A stretch of DNA of 64,000 nucleotides from a virus. The notes beneath the pieces were generated by a model. That model was not told the DNA's origin. It searched no databases and worked only from the letters and a program-made list of their open reading frames with translations. This document shows positions 11,001 through 19,407 of this stretch, one piece after another (position 1 is the stretch's first letter; every line of letters begins with the position of its first letter). Position numbers and translations under genes: made by a program. Location: IMG/VR virus record IMGVR_UViG_3300025141_000031, one strand, 5' to 3'.

Positions 11001-11540
11001 TGATTGCTGAGTCTCAGATGACATTTCTCCCATTACATTATTAATTTGATTGGCAATACTTAATTCACTTTGGTATTTTGCTACGGCCTGTTTGTGTGCA
11101 TCATTACGTTGAGCTCCATATAATGCTTCAGCTTCTTTAAGACTATTTAATTTATCTTGTGCTTGTGATGCTGCTGTAACATTATTTTTTGCAAGATCTT
11201 GAAATCCGGCTATGGCTTGAATTTGTCCTGCTGCAAATTTATTACCTTTAGCAAAGTTTGCTAATGGTTTATCATAACTCTTAAATACTTTTGCAAGCTC
11301 TTTTCCTTTATTAACTACAGCACCGGTTTCTACTCCGACCTTTTTCATACCTCGTTCGGTAATACCTACTTGATTATTTATCTTATCACCAAGTTTGATT
11401 TTTTGTCGTTGTAACGCAATTATCTTTTGTTCATTAGGAGCTGATTTGGCTAGTTCTCTGTTGAGTTGCTCAACAAGATCTAATTCTTGCTGTATCAATG
11501 CATTTAACTGTGATTGTTTTTTTGCTTTATCGTCTGCCAT
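8028..11540 (-). CDS. Tail tape measure protein
   Basis: 1170 aa, Ala/Gln/Lys-rich and helical with hydrophobic segments. Lies after tube and chaperone, before baseplate genes. Confidence 0.85.
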   Translation of the reverse strand: MADDKAKKQSQLNALIQQELDLVEQLNRELAKSAPNEQKIIALQRQKIKLGDKINNQVGITERGMKKVGVETGAVVNKGKELAKVFKSYDKPLANFAKGNKFAAGQIQAIAGFQDLAKNNVTAASQAQDKLNSLKEAEALYGAQRNDAHKQAVAKYQSELSIANQINNVMGEMSSETQQSMINEAGRGSRLMESLSTVTAQEALLEAELAFANEKNNLSGQGLALAQANIDALRKGVDVLEEQKMVTDMQIAQRDAMTDAIIGPFESLKSTIDSFPGGSYLSGALGLDVFNDKMKEIIQISIQKGLAGGVEQGIGSFRSLTAQTKIFGMSLKSALLPLLVVGALVGAVMLFSQMSKETEELSKNTGLSARESEKMMQSARGMQASSSNSLANTEEIVGAMSALTTEFGSTANFSEETALNIANMSAAFGIAVGDAAAVQAQFEAMGQTSEEAFNTQALTANLAEAAGVAPGKVMADIAKSSKKAAKYMGGNVNALAKAAVEAARLGMELGDMVDVADGLLDIESSIEAEFEASVMLGKTINMDLARQLALQGDIEGATKEVLNQVGSIHEFNKMDVLQRKKLAQAAGMEVGQLQSALKKQEQMNNLTEEQKKRYDEATKALEGQELTGEQLVAQQEQALAAKEMSATFNKIKNTLMKALYPVIQAITGIFTNVLSPILEVIGGIFKGFMLALTPVIWIVKAIAIVFEKISPVLKAIAATLGVIYGIKALIWAGDKAALGIAKIKAMFATKEATQATLIGGAKKLGLITDKASNTAAASKALSQNAMLGAKTREVALGKTGLMYQLKLSAVHAKDLIVAKAKVLWEGLKNTAIKLGNALGLTGLGTAQATGVTEKSNLLTRIASNVQRAAAWAWEGMINLVTGQGWIIEKGKAAVKAVTAMWTQQQIASETSVAAIQSKGLLKTIGGAAMAAYKSAAAIPGIGWILGAAAAAAVIGLGMSFMSDGIVSGKSGGSGYGDRVLYGPEGAISFNNKDTIVAGTNLNYGNDVISKGRKANDAVFKPAGALKMDDGAIGPGGGMGNMPDPPESKIVDFSSKAFKKLVVANMIGSNPFLGMMGGLSGGLGSILGGEDEEGEEAGKPVHDATAAEKLDAMLSKLDEVVTAIASNQKGAAPSNKPVQIVIGNKVIEEIASQTKVNTSYAISAGNAGEEG

Positions 11541-11553
11541 AATTAATTACCAA

Positions 11554-11856
11554 TTATACGCCTTTGTATCCTAATTTTTTAAGAAAGTCTCTAGTATTTT
11601 TTTCTACTGAACCCATATCTTCTTTAGAAGTAGCACTAATTATTTCATTACCTACTTCTAATTCGCGTTCAAAATCTTCAAGTGATTGATCTAAACGCTT
11701 TAATGCATCACGCATTGCTGGGTCTTTTTGAAGTTTCTTTAATTGTCGTTTTAAACGACCTCCAAGAATCTTCTTCCATATAGGCGAAAATAATCCTTCA
11801 TCAAGTTTATTGATTTGATCTAATTGAGTTTTTTCTAATTTATTTGATTTTGCCAT
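11554..11856 (-). CDS. Hypothetical helical protein (possible LDE/G protease site)
   Basis: 100-aa ORF with its own ATATTTAT motif and GAGG SD. Confidence 0.7.
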   Translation of the reverse strand: MAKSNKLEKTQLDQINKLDEGLFSPIWKKILGGRLKRQLKKLQKDPAMRDALKRLDQSLEDFERELEVGNEIISATSKEDMGSVEKNTRDFLKKLGYKGV

Positions 11857-11883
11857 AGTCCTCGTCCATTTATATTATTTATT

Positions 11884-11891
11884 ATAAATAT
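11884..11891 (-). promoter_or_regulatory. Class-1 (putative late) promoter motif ATATTTAT
   Basis: One of 16 intergenic copies. Upstream of the 100-aa ORF/tape-measure operon. Confidence 0.65.
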
Positions 11892-11920
11892 GGGACTATG
11901 TAATTTATACGAAGAGAATC

Positions 11921-12143
11921 TTACCGTCTTCTTCTAGATTGAGCCTTGGCACTTTTGTGAGCTTTTTCATCTGCTTTCTTACGTTCTTTATGAACTCGTT
12001 CAATTGCTTTGATATAAAATACACGTAACCAGATAGGCATTGCATATACGTCAGACCAATTGAACCCACCTTTCCCCCAGTAGATAAGATCAAATATCTG
12101 TTGGTGCAGAATGGGCCTATAGCTAGGCCCCAGGCCAAAAAAA
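11921..12143 (-). CDS. gp51-like / 'T' segment of tail assembly chaperone, probably reached by +1 frameshift
   Basis: Frame overlaps the end of the chaperone at a U7 run. Protein-like part (YRPILHQQIFDLIYWGKGGFNWSDVYAMPIWLRVFY) begins right after the run and has no SD-led start of its own. Confidence 0.6.
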
Positions 12144-13001
12144 GTTGGTGTCAATGGGCAAGTCCATAAAAAACTCTTCTCCCGTAGATGGATCATCAAA
12201 ACACAAATTTAAATCTACATCTGGTTGTAATTCTCTCATGTACGTACGTAACGCTCTTGAATCTAATGCTAATAATTCATTTTGAACGAATTTACGTATT
12301 GTCATTTTATCTTCATCTCCATCGATGGATACAATTGAATATGTTAATCTAGTTGATAATGTTGAATCAACACCTCTTGAAAATTTCTTAGCTGCTTTAA
12401 TTTCAGCTTCAATACTAGGCTCATCACCATGAGTTAAAAATTTGAATTCTACTGTTCTTTTAGCTGCTGGTAATTTAAATGAAAATCTATTTAATCCTTT
12501 TGTAAAGATAGAATAATCAATTTCCTTTTCTTTAAGTTCAGCTAAATCGATAACTTCCTTTATTTTTTCGCCTGAAGGTGTATTAATTTCGCATTGATAA
12601 TCTTTACCATATCCTAATACTCTTGCTGCAATCATAATAGCATTTTTATCACCTAATAGTAATTCATTATACTTAACTTTCTTTCCTTCGCCATTACTTA
12701 TTATCAATGATTGGAATAATTTATCTAAAACAACTCCTTGTTTAATATAAGACTGTGTAGTTAGAATATCTTCTTCTTTAGCGGTCATATACTTCATTTC
12801 TACTTTACCTGATTGTAAAGAACTTCCATCTGGATATAATAATCCTCTTGATGGTAAATCAACTACTTCAGTTGGAAACTGATGTTTCTTTGCTGTTTCG
12901 CCTGTATATGCGTCAATTGCTCTTGCTTTTAATTCTTCTGTTGTTGGTGCTTTTGCAATAGTTTGTTTTCCTGGATATTCTTCATTTACGTTTTTTGCCA
13001 T
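12123..13001 (-). CDS. Tail/baseplate hub assembly chaperone (T4 gp26-like)
   Basis: VDLPSRG..YP, MTAKEEDIL, GDKNAIMIAARVLGYG and a C-terminal FFWP. Sits between tube and tape measure. Confidence 0.8.
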   Translation of the reverse strand: MAKNVNEEYPGKQTIAKAPTTEELKARAIDAYTGETAKKHQFPTEVVDLPSRGLLYPDGSSLQSGKVEMKYMTAKEEDILTTQSYIKQGVVLDKLFQSLIISNGEGKKVKYNELLLGDKNAIMIAARVLGYGKDYQCEINTPSGEKIKEVIDLAELKEKEIDYSIFTKGLNRFSFKLPAAKRTVEFKFLTHGDEPSIEAEIKAAKKFSRGVDSTLSTRLTYSIVSIDGDEDKMTIRKFVQNELLALDSRALRTYMRELQPDVDLNLCFDDPSTGEEFFMDLPIDTNFFWPGA

Positions 13002-13058
13002 AACTTAACCTCTTCCTTTTGTTTAAGAGAATATAATTCTCAATTAATAACATTTAAT

Positions 13059-13066
13059 ATAAATAT
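13059..13066 (-). promoter_or_regulatory. Class-1 (putative late) promoter motif ATATTTAT
   Basis: Intergenic copy just downstream of the tube terminator, upstream of the chaperone gene. Confidence 0.65.
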
Positions 13067-13076
13067 GCATGAGCCC

Positions 13077-13106
13077 AAAAAAAATCCCACCGTAAGGTAG
13101 GATTCT
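13077..13106 (-). terminator. Rho-independent terminator after tail tube gene
   Basis: Minus strand AATCCTACC-TTAC-GGTGGGATT followed by a T run. Confidence 0.85.
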
Positions 13107-13126
13107 TTAATGATCTTAAATCTTAA

Positions 13127-13615
13127 TTAGAATTGAAGGATTGCATAATCATATTTAATTGTTAATTCAATATTAACTGCATCTTCCGTTGCCCAATCCA
13201 TATCTCCAAAAGTGGCAGATGAAATAAATGCGCCTTTAATAGTCCATTCTTCAACTTTATCACCTACAGGACCTAAAGTATTAAATACTATATCTTTCTT
13301 ATAGAAATCAGAATAACCATCTCTTCCTGTTACTGATTCGTGATGTAAACGTATCCATTCCATACAAGCTTGAGCTCCTGATGGAACTACTGGATCATAT
13401 AATGTTACTGTTATATCTTGCCATCTAGATTTTCCTTTTAACTTTCTTTCCACATTAATATGGTCTAGAATAAGCTCACCTTGATCAATTGATGGTCTTG
13501 ATGCTGCTTTAACTATATAAGCTGGAATACCTTCTATGTACATTATAAACCTATTTGCTACTTTCGGCTCATATGCGGTATACATTATTTCATTTGGACT
13601 TAGTAAATCTGCCAT
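13127..13615 (-). CDS. gp19: Tail tube protein (gp19-like)
   Basis: 162 aa immediately after the sheath. YEPK..NRF, GK..WQDITVTLYD, VEEWTIKGAF, IELTIKYDYA. Confidence 0.9.
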   Translation of the reverse strand: MADLLSPNEIMYTAYEPKVANRFIMYIEGIPAYIVKAASRPSIDQGELILDHINVERKLKGKSRWQDITVTLYDPVVPSGAQACMEWIRLHHESVTGRDGYSDFYKKDIVFNTLGPVGDKVEEWTIKGAFISSATFGDMDWATEDAVNIELTIKYDYAILQF

Positions 13616-13639
13616 TTTATTTTCTCCTTGTTATTTAAT

Positions 13640-13647
13640 ATAAATAT
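13640..13647 (-). promoter_or_regulatory. Class-1 (putative late) promoter motif ATATTTAT
   Basis: Upstream of the tube gene, followed by AAGGAG SD. Confidence 0.65.
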
Positions 13648-13672
13648 ACTATTATTAACTTTTAACTACCTT

Positions 13673-15481
13673 CTATTCCGGAAATGCTGCACCAGTTGGA
13701 AGAATATTAAAGTCAATTATAATAAATTCTGCTGTTCTGGTTGGTTGTAAGAATAACTGACCTACCATTTGGTTTCTATCTATTACATCCGGTGTATTAT
13801 TTGTTTCATCCATTACTACTTTAAATGCATACAAACCTTGTCTTTGTTGTACACTTTCTAAATATGGATTAACAATACTTAAGAATCTATTTCTAGTTTC
13901 TGATGTATTTTGTTCAAACACTAAATATCTAGTTGCTGATGCAATAAATTTCTTAGCTGCAATCATCAATCTTCTAACATTTACTCTATCTAATGCAGAT
14001 GCTTTTTTCTGTAATGTTTTTTGTCCAAATGCTACTACTCCACTATTAGGAAAAGTTGCTAATGGATTAACATTTGCATCATATAAAGAATCTCTATTAC
14101 CATGAGTTAATTTTCTTTCTGGTTGTATTGCTCTATCAATTCCACCTCTATTTAAACCAGCTGGTGCAAACCATTCAGCTGCAACCTTATCATTAAATGC
14201 ATATACACCACCCATTGCAATTGAAGCTGGTACCCAAACATTTTTAGAAGCATAATTATCAGACATTTGAACCCATGGCCAATACATTGCAGCATAATTA
14301 GTATCTCTTGCAGAAGCTTCTGTAGTTGCATCTGTAATTGTTGAACCAAATCCTACTGGATCAATTATTGTAAAACAATCTCCTCTATTTTCACACATCT
14401 CAATTGCTGATGCTGCTACAATTGAATGACCTGTAAATGCTGAAATCACACCTGGTAACATTAATAAATTAATATCATATTCGTCTTGGTTTGCTAACAA
14501 GTTAATTGCATCTTCATATGCTGTTTTACCTTCACCTGCTGTTGTCAAGTCATATCCTTGCATATTTGTTGATTCAATCTGTTCATAAAATTTCTTTGGA
14601 TGTTGTACAGTTCCATCACTACCTCCACTAAATGTTCCTGAAACTGCTAATGGTAATGAACCAGATAAGCCTGCTGCTACTGTTCCTGTACCATCATCTC
14701 TAATAGCACCATTCTCATCTAAATAATTTAAAGTAGTTCTATTAACAATTACTCTAACTTCTTTAGATTTGTTCATATAAGAACCTGATGCTTGGATATA
14801 AGGACTAGTAGTACCAGAACCTCTTAAATTAAGTTTTGCATCTCCAATTCTTTTAGATATGAAGTTTGTTGAATTTGGATCTAATGATAAGTTGTTCCAA
14901 GTCTCAACAATATTTTTTCTTTTAATTGTATCATCACCTTTTCTTAAATATAATGAGAAAGTACCTTTTGAAGTATTAACACTTGCAATTTCCCATCTTA
15001 AGTTATCTTTCGAACCAGATAATAATCTACAATTTGTACTTATTGAAGTAGCAGCAGTCGATCCTGAACCTGCTGTTGATGCGGCAGGTAATCCACTATT
15101 TAATAGTGCTCCATCAGATAAAGTATACATTGTAAAACAAGCATTACCTAAATCTGCTGCTCCTACTTTAGTATCAGCTCCGCTAAATGAACCAGCTAAA
15201 ACTCTAACAACCGTTAAGGTGTCATGATGTCTTAAATATTCTTCTGCTGCTAATGACGTTAAGTATGAATAGTAATCTAAGTTCTCTGCGGAACCACTTT
15301 CGAACACATCTCCGAATAATTGTCTATATTCAGCAAATGATGTTACCATAGTAGGAACCAGACCAGGTCCTTTAACCGTTGGTCCAATTATTGCTGCCCC
15401 TATATTTTGTACTCCTGCAGGAAGAAATGATAAGTCTCTTTCTCTAGTAAATACACCGGGTGATACGATTTTTTCAGCCAT
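13673..15481 (-). CDS. gp18: Contractile tail sheath protein (gp18-like)
   Basis: SPGVFTRERDLS, YWPW, WFAPAGLNRG, RVNVRRL, FEQN and PTRTAEFI motifs. Confidence 0.97.
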   Translation of the reverse strand: MAEKIVSPGVFTRERDLSFLPAGVQNIGAAIIGPTVKGPGLVPTMVTSFAEYRQLFGDVFESGSAENLDYYSYLTSLAAEEYLRHHDTLTVVRVLAGSFSGADTKVGAADLGNACFTMYTLSDGALLNSGLPAASTAGSGSTAATSISTNCRLLSGSKDNLRWEIASVNTSKGTFSLYLRKGDDTIKRKNIVETWNNLSLDPNSTNFISKRIGDAKLNLRGSGTTSPYIQASGSYMNKSKEVRVIVNRTTLNYLDENGAIRDDGTGTVAAGLSGSLPLAVSGTFSGGSDGTVQHPKKFYEQIESTNMQGYDLTTAGEGKTAYEDAINLLANQDEYDINLLMLPGVISAFTGHSIVAASAIEMCENRGDCFTIIDPVGFGSTITDATTEASARDTNYAAMYWPWVQMSDNYASKNVWVPASIAMGGVYAFNDKVAAEWFAPAGLNRGGIDRAIQPERKLTHGNRDSLYDANVNPLATFPNSGVVAFGQKTLQKKASALDRVNVRRLMIAAKKFIASATRYLVFEQNTSETRNRFLSIVNPYLESVQQRQGLYAFKVVMDETNNTPDVIDRNQMVGQLFLQPTRTAEFIIIDFNILPTGAAFPE

Positions 15482-15518
15482 TTATAAATCTCCTTAATTA
15501 TTGTTTCTTTATTTTTTA

Positions 15519-15526
15519 ATAAATAT
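15519..15526 (-). promoter_or_regulatory. Class-1 (putative late) promoter motif ATATTTAT
   Basis: Upstream of the sheath gene, followed by TAAGGAG SD. Confidence 0.65.
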
Positions 15527-15546
15527 ACATTTCCGGCTTCAAACCT

Positions 15547-15822
15547 TTAGTTTGATGGTGAAAAAGTCCCGGAATCTAAATCCAATGTTCCTCTGCCGTA
15601 TTTTTCGTTGAATTCTTTAACCAATTCAAGCTCTGTTTTTTGAATATTTGCATATTCCGTATTAAATGTTTTATCTAGTTGATTTAATTTTTCCGTCTTT
15701 TGATCATGTAAAATTTGTTCTAATTTTAACTCTCCAAAGTTGGCAACTAACTTAGACATTCTTTCTCGTAACTCTTGAACTTTATTTAGTTCTTCTTCTG
15801 TAAACTTTTTTGTTTCTGACAT
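15547..15822 (-). CDS. Small coiled-coil hypothetical protein
   Basis: 91 aa with AAGGAG SD. C-terminal EKYGRGTLDLDSGTF is of a type common in phage proteins. Confidence 0.8.
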   Translation of the reverse strand: MSETKKFTEEELNKVQELRERMSKLVANFGELKLEQILHDQKTEKLNQLDKTFNTEYANIQKTELELVKEFNEKYGRGTLDLDSGTFSPSN

Positions 15823-15850
15823 AACTGTTCTCCTTTTTTTGTTTCCTTAT

Positions 15851-15858
15851 ATAAATAT
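15851..15858 (-). promoter_or_regulatory. Class-1 (putative late) promoter motif ATATTTAT
   Basis: Upstream of the 91-aa ORF. Confidence 0.6.
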
Positions 15859-15883
15859 GCTTATATTAACTTAAACAACCATC

Positions 15884-16144
15884 CTAAACTATCCATCCTA
15901 AGGAAACTGCTGCTTTAAGTTTAAATACTACAACTATACCTGGCCAAGGTGCTACTGCTAGGCCTCCTCCTGGAGGATGAAATTTTGTATTAACTCGTCC
16001 TGATAATATATACTGTTGTATCGCTGCTGTCATAACAGCTGCCATATCACCTTCTACTTCTGCGTTAGCTGGTCCTGGTTTTCCTGCTTGTCTTCTAAAG
16101 GCCGCGTATATTCCTAGATTTAATGCTGGTGTATTTAATGACAT
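15884..16144 (-). CDS. Stand-alone copy of the shared ~85-aa N-terminal domain (possible spike-tip/carrier protein)
   Basis: MSLN..AL..I..AF.RQ..KPGP...V....A.....AI..Y...G...PWPG aligns with the N-termini of the two upstream genes. Confidence 0.75.
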   Translation of the reverse strand: MSLNTPALNLGIYAAFRRQAGKPGPANAEVEGDMAAVMTAAIQQYILSGRVNTKFHPPGGGLAVAPWPGIVVVFKLKAAVSLGWIV

Positions 16145-16186
16145 ATTTGTTCCTTTTTAATTTTATGTTTGTTTTTCATTTTCTAT

Positions 16187-17404
16187 TTATGCGCCAGCTA
16201 AGGTTATTTTTCCATCAGATCCGGCTATGAACTGTTTAGAGTCTCTATTAGTATGCTTAATTGCTCTTTTTGTAGCAGATGAAGTCATACCTTTCCCCCA
16301 ACCTGCATTGGCTCTTGCTGTCACCAAATTAGCAGTGGCTTGATCAGGAAATTGTGGATTTGAGCCTTTATATTCAGGATAAGGGTGACTTCTGGATTTC
16401 CACCTATTTTGAAGAAATGCTACAGCTGCTGGAGCTGCTACTGCTGGATCATTTAATAAATCAGGATCAGATAATATATCAACTCCTATTATTTTCGCAT
16501 ACTTTTCATAAGAATCTCGGAAAGTTATTTGATTAAACCCACGTCCACGGTAGTCGTATCCATCAGATGTACCTTTCCGATTTCCATATTTACCAGCATA
16601 TACAAGGTTAGCTAATTTTTTATCATCTCCAGAATATTCTTCAGCTAATGCGTTATAATTAAACTTGCCTTGTCCTTTTGGTACAGTGTTTCCTGTTTTG
16701 GAAAATCTACCCCAAACTTCTGCTAATCTACCTTTGGAATAAAACATTTTTTCACTCTTCGGACATAGACTAGACTCTTTTGAGATCACTGCGAGTATTG
16801 CTATCCTTGCATATGTATTCGTAATACCAAATTTTTCCATTGCATTTTCAAGATGAACTATATTATCTGGAACAACACAAGGTCCTGTTTTATTCAAATA
16901 TTTAGATTTTGAAACTTTATTTAAATCTGATTTAGTTACATCATCTGAAGTATCTCCGGAAGTTGTTCCTGTTGTTGTATGTACAGGCCCTGTTGTACTA
17001 CTTTGTCCTGGTCCACTCTTATTATGTCTAGTACTACCACTACCTCCGCCTCCGCCTCCGCCACTTGATGGAGGTGGTGGATTTGTACCTACTGGTGGAG
17101 TAATAGTTATAGCTCCTGATGATACTGGTGATGTAGAACCATCTGTTTCGAAAGATGCAACTCCAATTCCTATAGGGATATAAAATGTTGCTCTAATTCC
17201 TGGCCATGGAAAAGCTGCCATACCTGAAGCTATTCCGCCCCATCCTAAAATAATCCATGCACCCTCTAAATATTCTCGTATTGCATTTGAAATATCTGAT
17301 GCCAGTTCAGCTGAAACTCCTCCTTTATATGGACCTGGTTTTGCAGCCTGTTTCAAAAATGCTGTATGTATACGAGCTCGTAATAGTATTTTATTTAATG
17401 CCAT
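16187..17404 (-). CDS. Shared N-terminal domain + Pro/Gly linker + GH19-like (chitinase/endolysin-type) muramidase
   Basis: C-terminal ILAVISKES...LANLVYA...DGYDYRGRGFNQIT.R.SY...PDLL is the GH19 signature. Confidence 0.85.
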   Translation of the reverse strand: MALNKILLRARIHTAFLKQAAKPGPYKGGVSAELASDISNAIREYLEGAWIILGWGGIASGMAAFPWPGIRATFYIPIGIGVASFETDGSTSPVSSGAITITPPVGTNPPPPSSGGGGGGGSGSTRHNKSGPGQSSTTGPVHTTTGTTSGDTSDDVTKSDLNKVSKSKYLNKTGPCVVPDNIVHLENAMEKFGITNTYARIAILAVISKESSLCPKSEKMFYSKGRLAEVWGRFSKTGNTVPKGQGKFNYNALAEEYSGDDKKLANLVYAGKYGNRKGTSDGYDYRGRGFNQITFRDSYEKYAKIIGVDILSDPDLLNDPAVAAPAAVAFLQNRWKSRSHPYPEYKGSNPQFPDQATANLVTARANAGWGKGMTSSATKRAIKHTNRDSKQFIAGSDGKITLAGA

Positions 17405-17415
17405 GATTATTTAAT

Positions 17416-18516
17416 TTACTTTACAGGTTTTGACATAGTTAATTGTTTATCTGCAGGAAACCATTTATTTACTAATTTCATTCTTCTTTCTTTATGACCT
17501 GAACGTTCATTTTGTCCAAATTTGTGAACATAAGCCGTTAGTATTTTTTCAGGGTCCCATTTTAATCTTCTTGCTTGTTTTTTGAATCCACCATTTCCAT
17601 AACTATTAGAAACTCCAACTGCTATTGCTGCATGTCTATTTGTACTCCATCCACCTTCTGAGAATGCTGCCTTTACTGCACTTATTCTACTACCTTTACC
17701 TGCCCGTATTTGTTTTGGATTATTTTTTGGATCGTTTAGCCATTTTTTCATTCCGTTCCACCACCACTTATGAGAAGCTGATCCTGTACCATTATCATTT
17801 TTTCCTGATGGTGTTGTATTTTTATCATTTAATTTTTCCATGTATTTTGCAGATTTTCCAAATACCTTTTGTGTATCCATATACTTATATAAAGTATTTA
17901 ATCCTCCTTGTGCAAAGTGGAATATTCCTACAGTACCACCATCTAACTTAGTCATATCTGTATAGTCTTTACCTGAACCTCCTACAAAAGACTTTCCTCC
18001 TTCATGTGCTACTACTCCATATATTGCATCTTCCCAAAATTTATCCCAGTCATCTGATGTACCAACAACCTCTGGATCAGGAACAACATAATCTTTATCT
18101 ATAAAACTTTTTTCTTCTTTATTTCTTTCTGTTTTATTTAATTTTTTATTTTTTCTAGTAGTTCTACTACCACCGCCGCCGCCACCGCCGCCGCCGCCGC
18201 CTCCGCCGCCACCTCCGCCACCGCCACTGGAACTTGGAGGAGGAGTTGGTCCTTCAGGAAATGGTACTGCTGGTGTTGCTCCTGTAAAAGGAAATGATGG
18301 TGGTGGAGGTGCTGTCGCTCCCCATGGAAGTATTACTCCTTTATCTTTATACCATAACATTGCAATTGGACCTGATCGTACATATGTATCTATTGCATTT
18401 GAGAGGTCTCTTGCGATTTCTCCACAAACTTCAGATTTACCAGGACCTGATTTTACTTCTTGTCTTTTAAATGCTATATATATCATTGCCTGTAATGCTG
18501 CTGAATTTAATGGCAT
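17416..18516 (-). CDS. Shared N-terminal domain + poly-Gly linker + putative lysozyme-superfamily hydrolase
   Basis: C-terminal domain opens with a helix then HEGG...Y....LDGGTVGIFHF, resembling the E...D.GG.s.G..Qf pattern of GH46/VgrG3-type lysozyme-fold enzymes. Confidence 0.6.
   Translation of the reverse strand: MPLNSAALQAMIYIAFKRQEVKSGPGKSEVCGEIARDLSNAIDTYVRSGPIAMLWYKDKGVILPWGATAPPPPSFPFTGATPAVPFPEGPTPPPSSSGGGGGGGGGGGGGGGGGGGSRTTRKNKKLNKTERNKEEKSFIDKDYVVPDPEVVGTSDDWDKFWEDAIYGVVAHEGGKSFVGGSGKDYTDMTKLDGGTVGIFHFAQGGLNTLYKYMDTQKVFGKSAKYMEKLNDKNTTPSGKNDNGTGSASHKWWWNGMKKWLNDPKNNPKQIRAGKGSRISAVKAAFSEGGWSTNRHAAIAVGVSNSYGNGGFKKQARRLKWDPEKILTAYVHKFGQNERSGHKERRMKLVNKWFPADKQLTMSKPVK
18169..18225 (-). 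repeat. GGN trinucleotide repeat encoding Gly19
   Basis: 57-nt GC-rich run in an AT-rich genome. A shorter Gly7 run (17042-17062) occupies the same position in the paralogue. Confidence 0.95.
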
Positions 18517-18519
18517 AAC

Positions 18520-19404
18520 CTAACTCCTATTTTCTATTTCCTTTTCTAAATCTGAAATCAATTGTCTTTCTGATGTAATTGGATTATAACCTCCTGGTGG
18601 TGGTGTAAAGGTTGCAGGAAATTCATCTGTTGAATGTTCTGAACCAAATTTAATTTGTTTAATTGCATATCTTTTCTGAGCAGAGGAAACACGTAATTCA
18701 TCTTCCATTAATAATGTTGCTTTAGTCCTTACTGGTAACGTAGCTTTTATTATTCTATCTTCTCCTGAGTTGTTCATTGTTTCAAATGAATAATCGTCTA
18801 TGTAGGTTGCAAATTTCCAACTTGTGCCCCAAGCAAATCCTCCGGTTGGCATTATCTGTTCTATAATACCATTTAATTGTTCTGTATATGATGTCCATAT
18901 TAATAATTCATATGTTACTTCAACAAATTCAGGAACGGATGTAATATAAAATTCTTTGGTTGGTTTAGCATTTGTTAATAATCCAAATCTATCATATGAA
19001 TTTGCTTGAGTAAATTTATTTTGTAATATCATTGCATTACCAGAAGGATTTTTATTAACATCTAATTTTTTTAATATATCTCTTTCTGCAATTGAATTTC
19101 TTCGTATACTAATCATTGGTGACATTAACTTTCCTTTGGCATCTCTTAAATAACCATGCTTCTGAACTTGACTCCATTTTTCACCATTTGCATACATTAC
19201 TGGAACGTCTATTACATTATCATCTTCTATTACAGTAGGTTTAATAATATCTCTAATATAAGATATTATTGCATAATCAACATCATAAATAGTACACGAT
19301 GGAGTTTTTATAGAGTCAGTATCTCTCCTTACCTCATCAGCGCGATTAAAGCTAGTATCAGGTGAAAATGAACTATACGTTTTATTTAATTTTAATTTAC
19401 CCAT
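18520..19404 (-). CDS. Tail terminator / sheath stabiliser (gp15-like)
   Basis: IDVPVMY...EKW, PMISIRR and PEFVEVTYEL.IWT...QLN.IIEQI. Follows the two neck genes. Confidence 0.7.
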   Translation of the reverse strand: MGKLKLNKTYSSFSPDTSFNRADEVRRDTDSIKTPSCTIYDVDYAIISYIRDIIKPTVIEDDNVIDVPVMYANGEKWSQVQKHGYLRDAKGKLMSPMISIRRNSIAERDILKKLDVNKNPSGNAMILQNKFTQANSYDRFGLLTNAKPTKEFYITSVPEFVEVTYELLIWTSYTEQLNGIIEQIMPTGGFAWGTSWKFATYIDDYSFETMNNSGEDRIIKATLPVRTKATLLMEDELRVSSAQKRYAIKQIKFGSEHSTDEFPATFTPPPGGYNPITSERQLISDLEKEIENRS

Positions 19405-19407
19405 TTA

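Noticed and set aside
11905-12138. 77-aa ORF in the -1 frame after the chaperone U-run
   Set aside because: There is no canonical X XXY YYZ heptamer, and the product lacks the gp51-like pattern seen in the +1 frame. Kept only as a caveat in the frameshift finding.
14152-14349. 65-aa minus-strand ORF nested in the sheath gene
   Set aside because: It is an out-of-frame overlap with Gln/Leu/Met composition typical of a shifted reading of the real gene.
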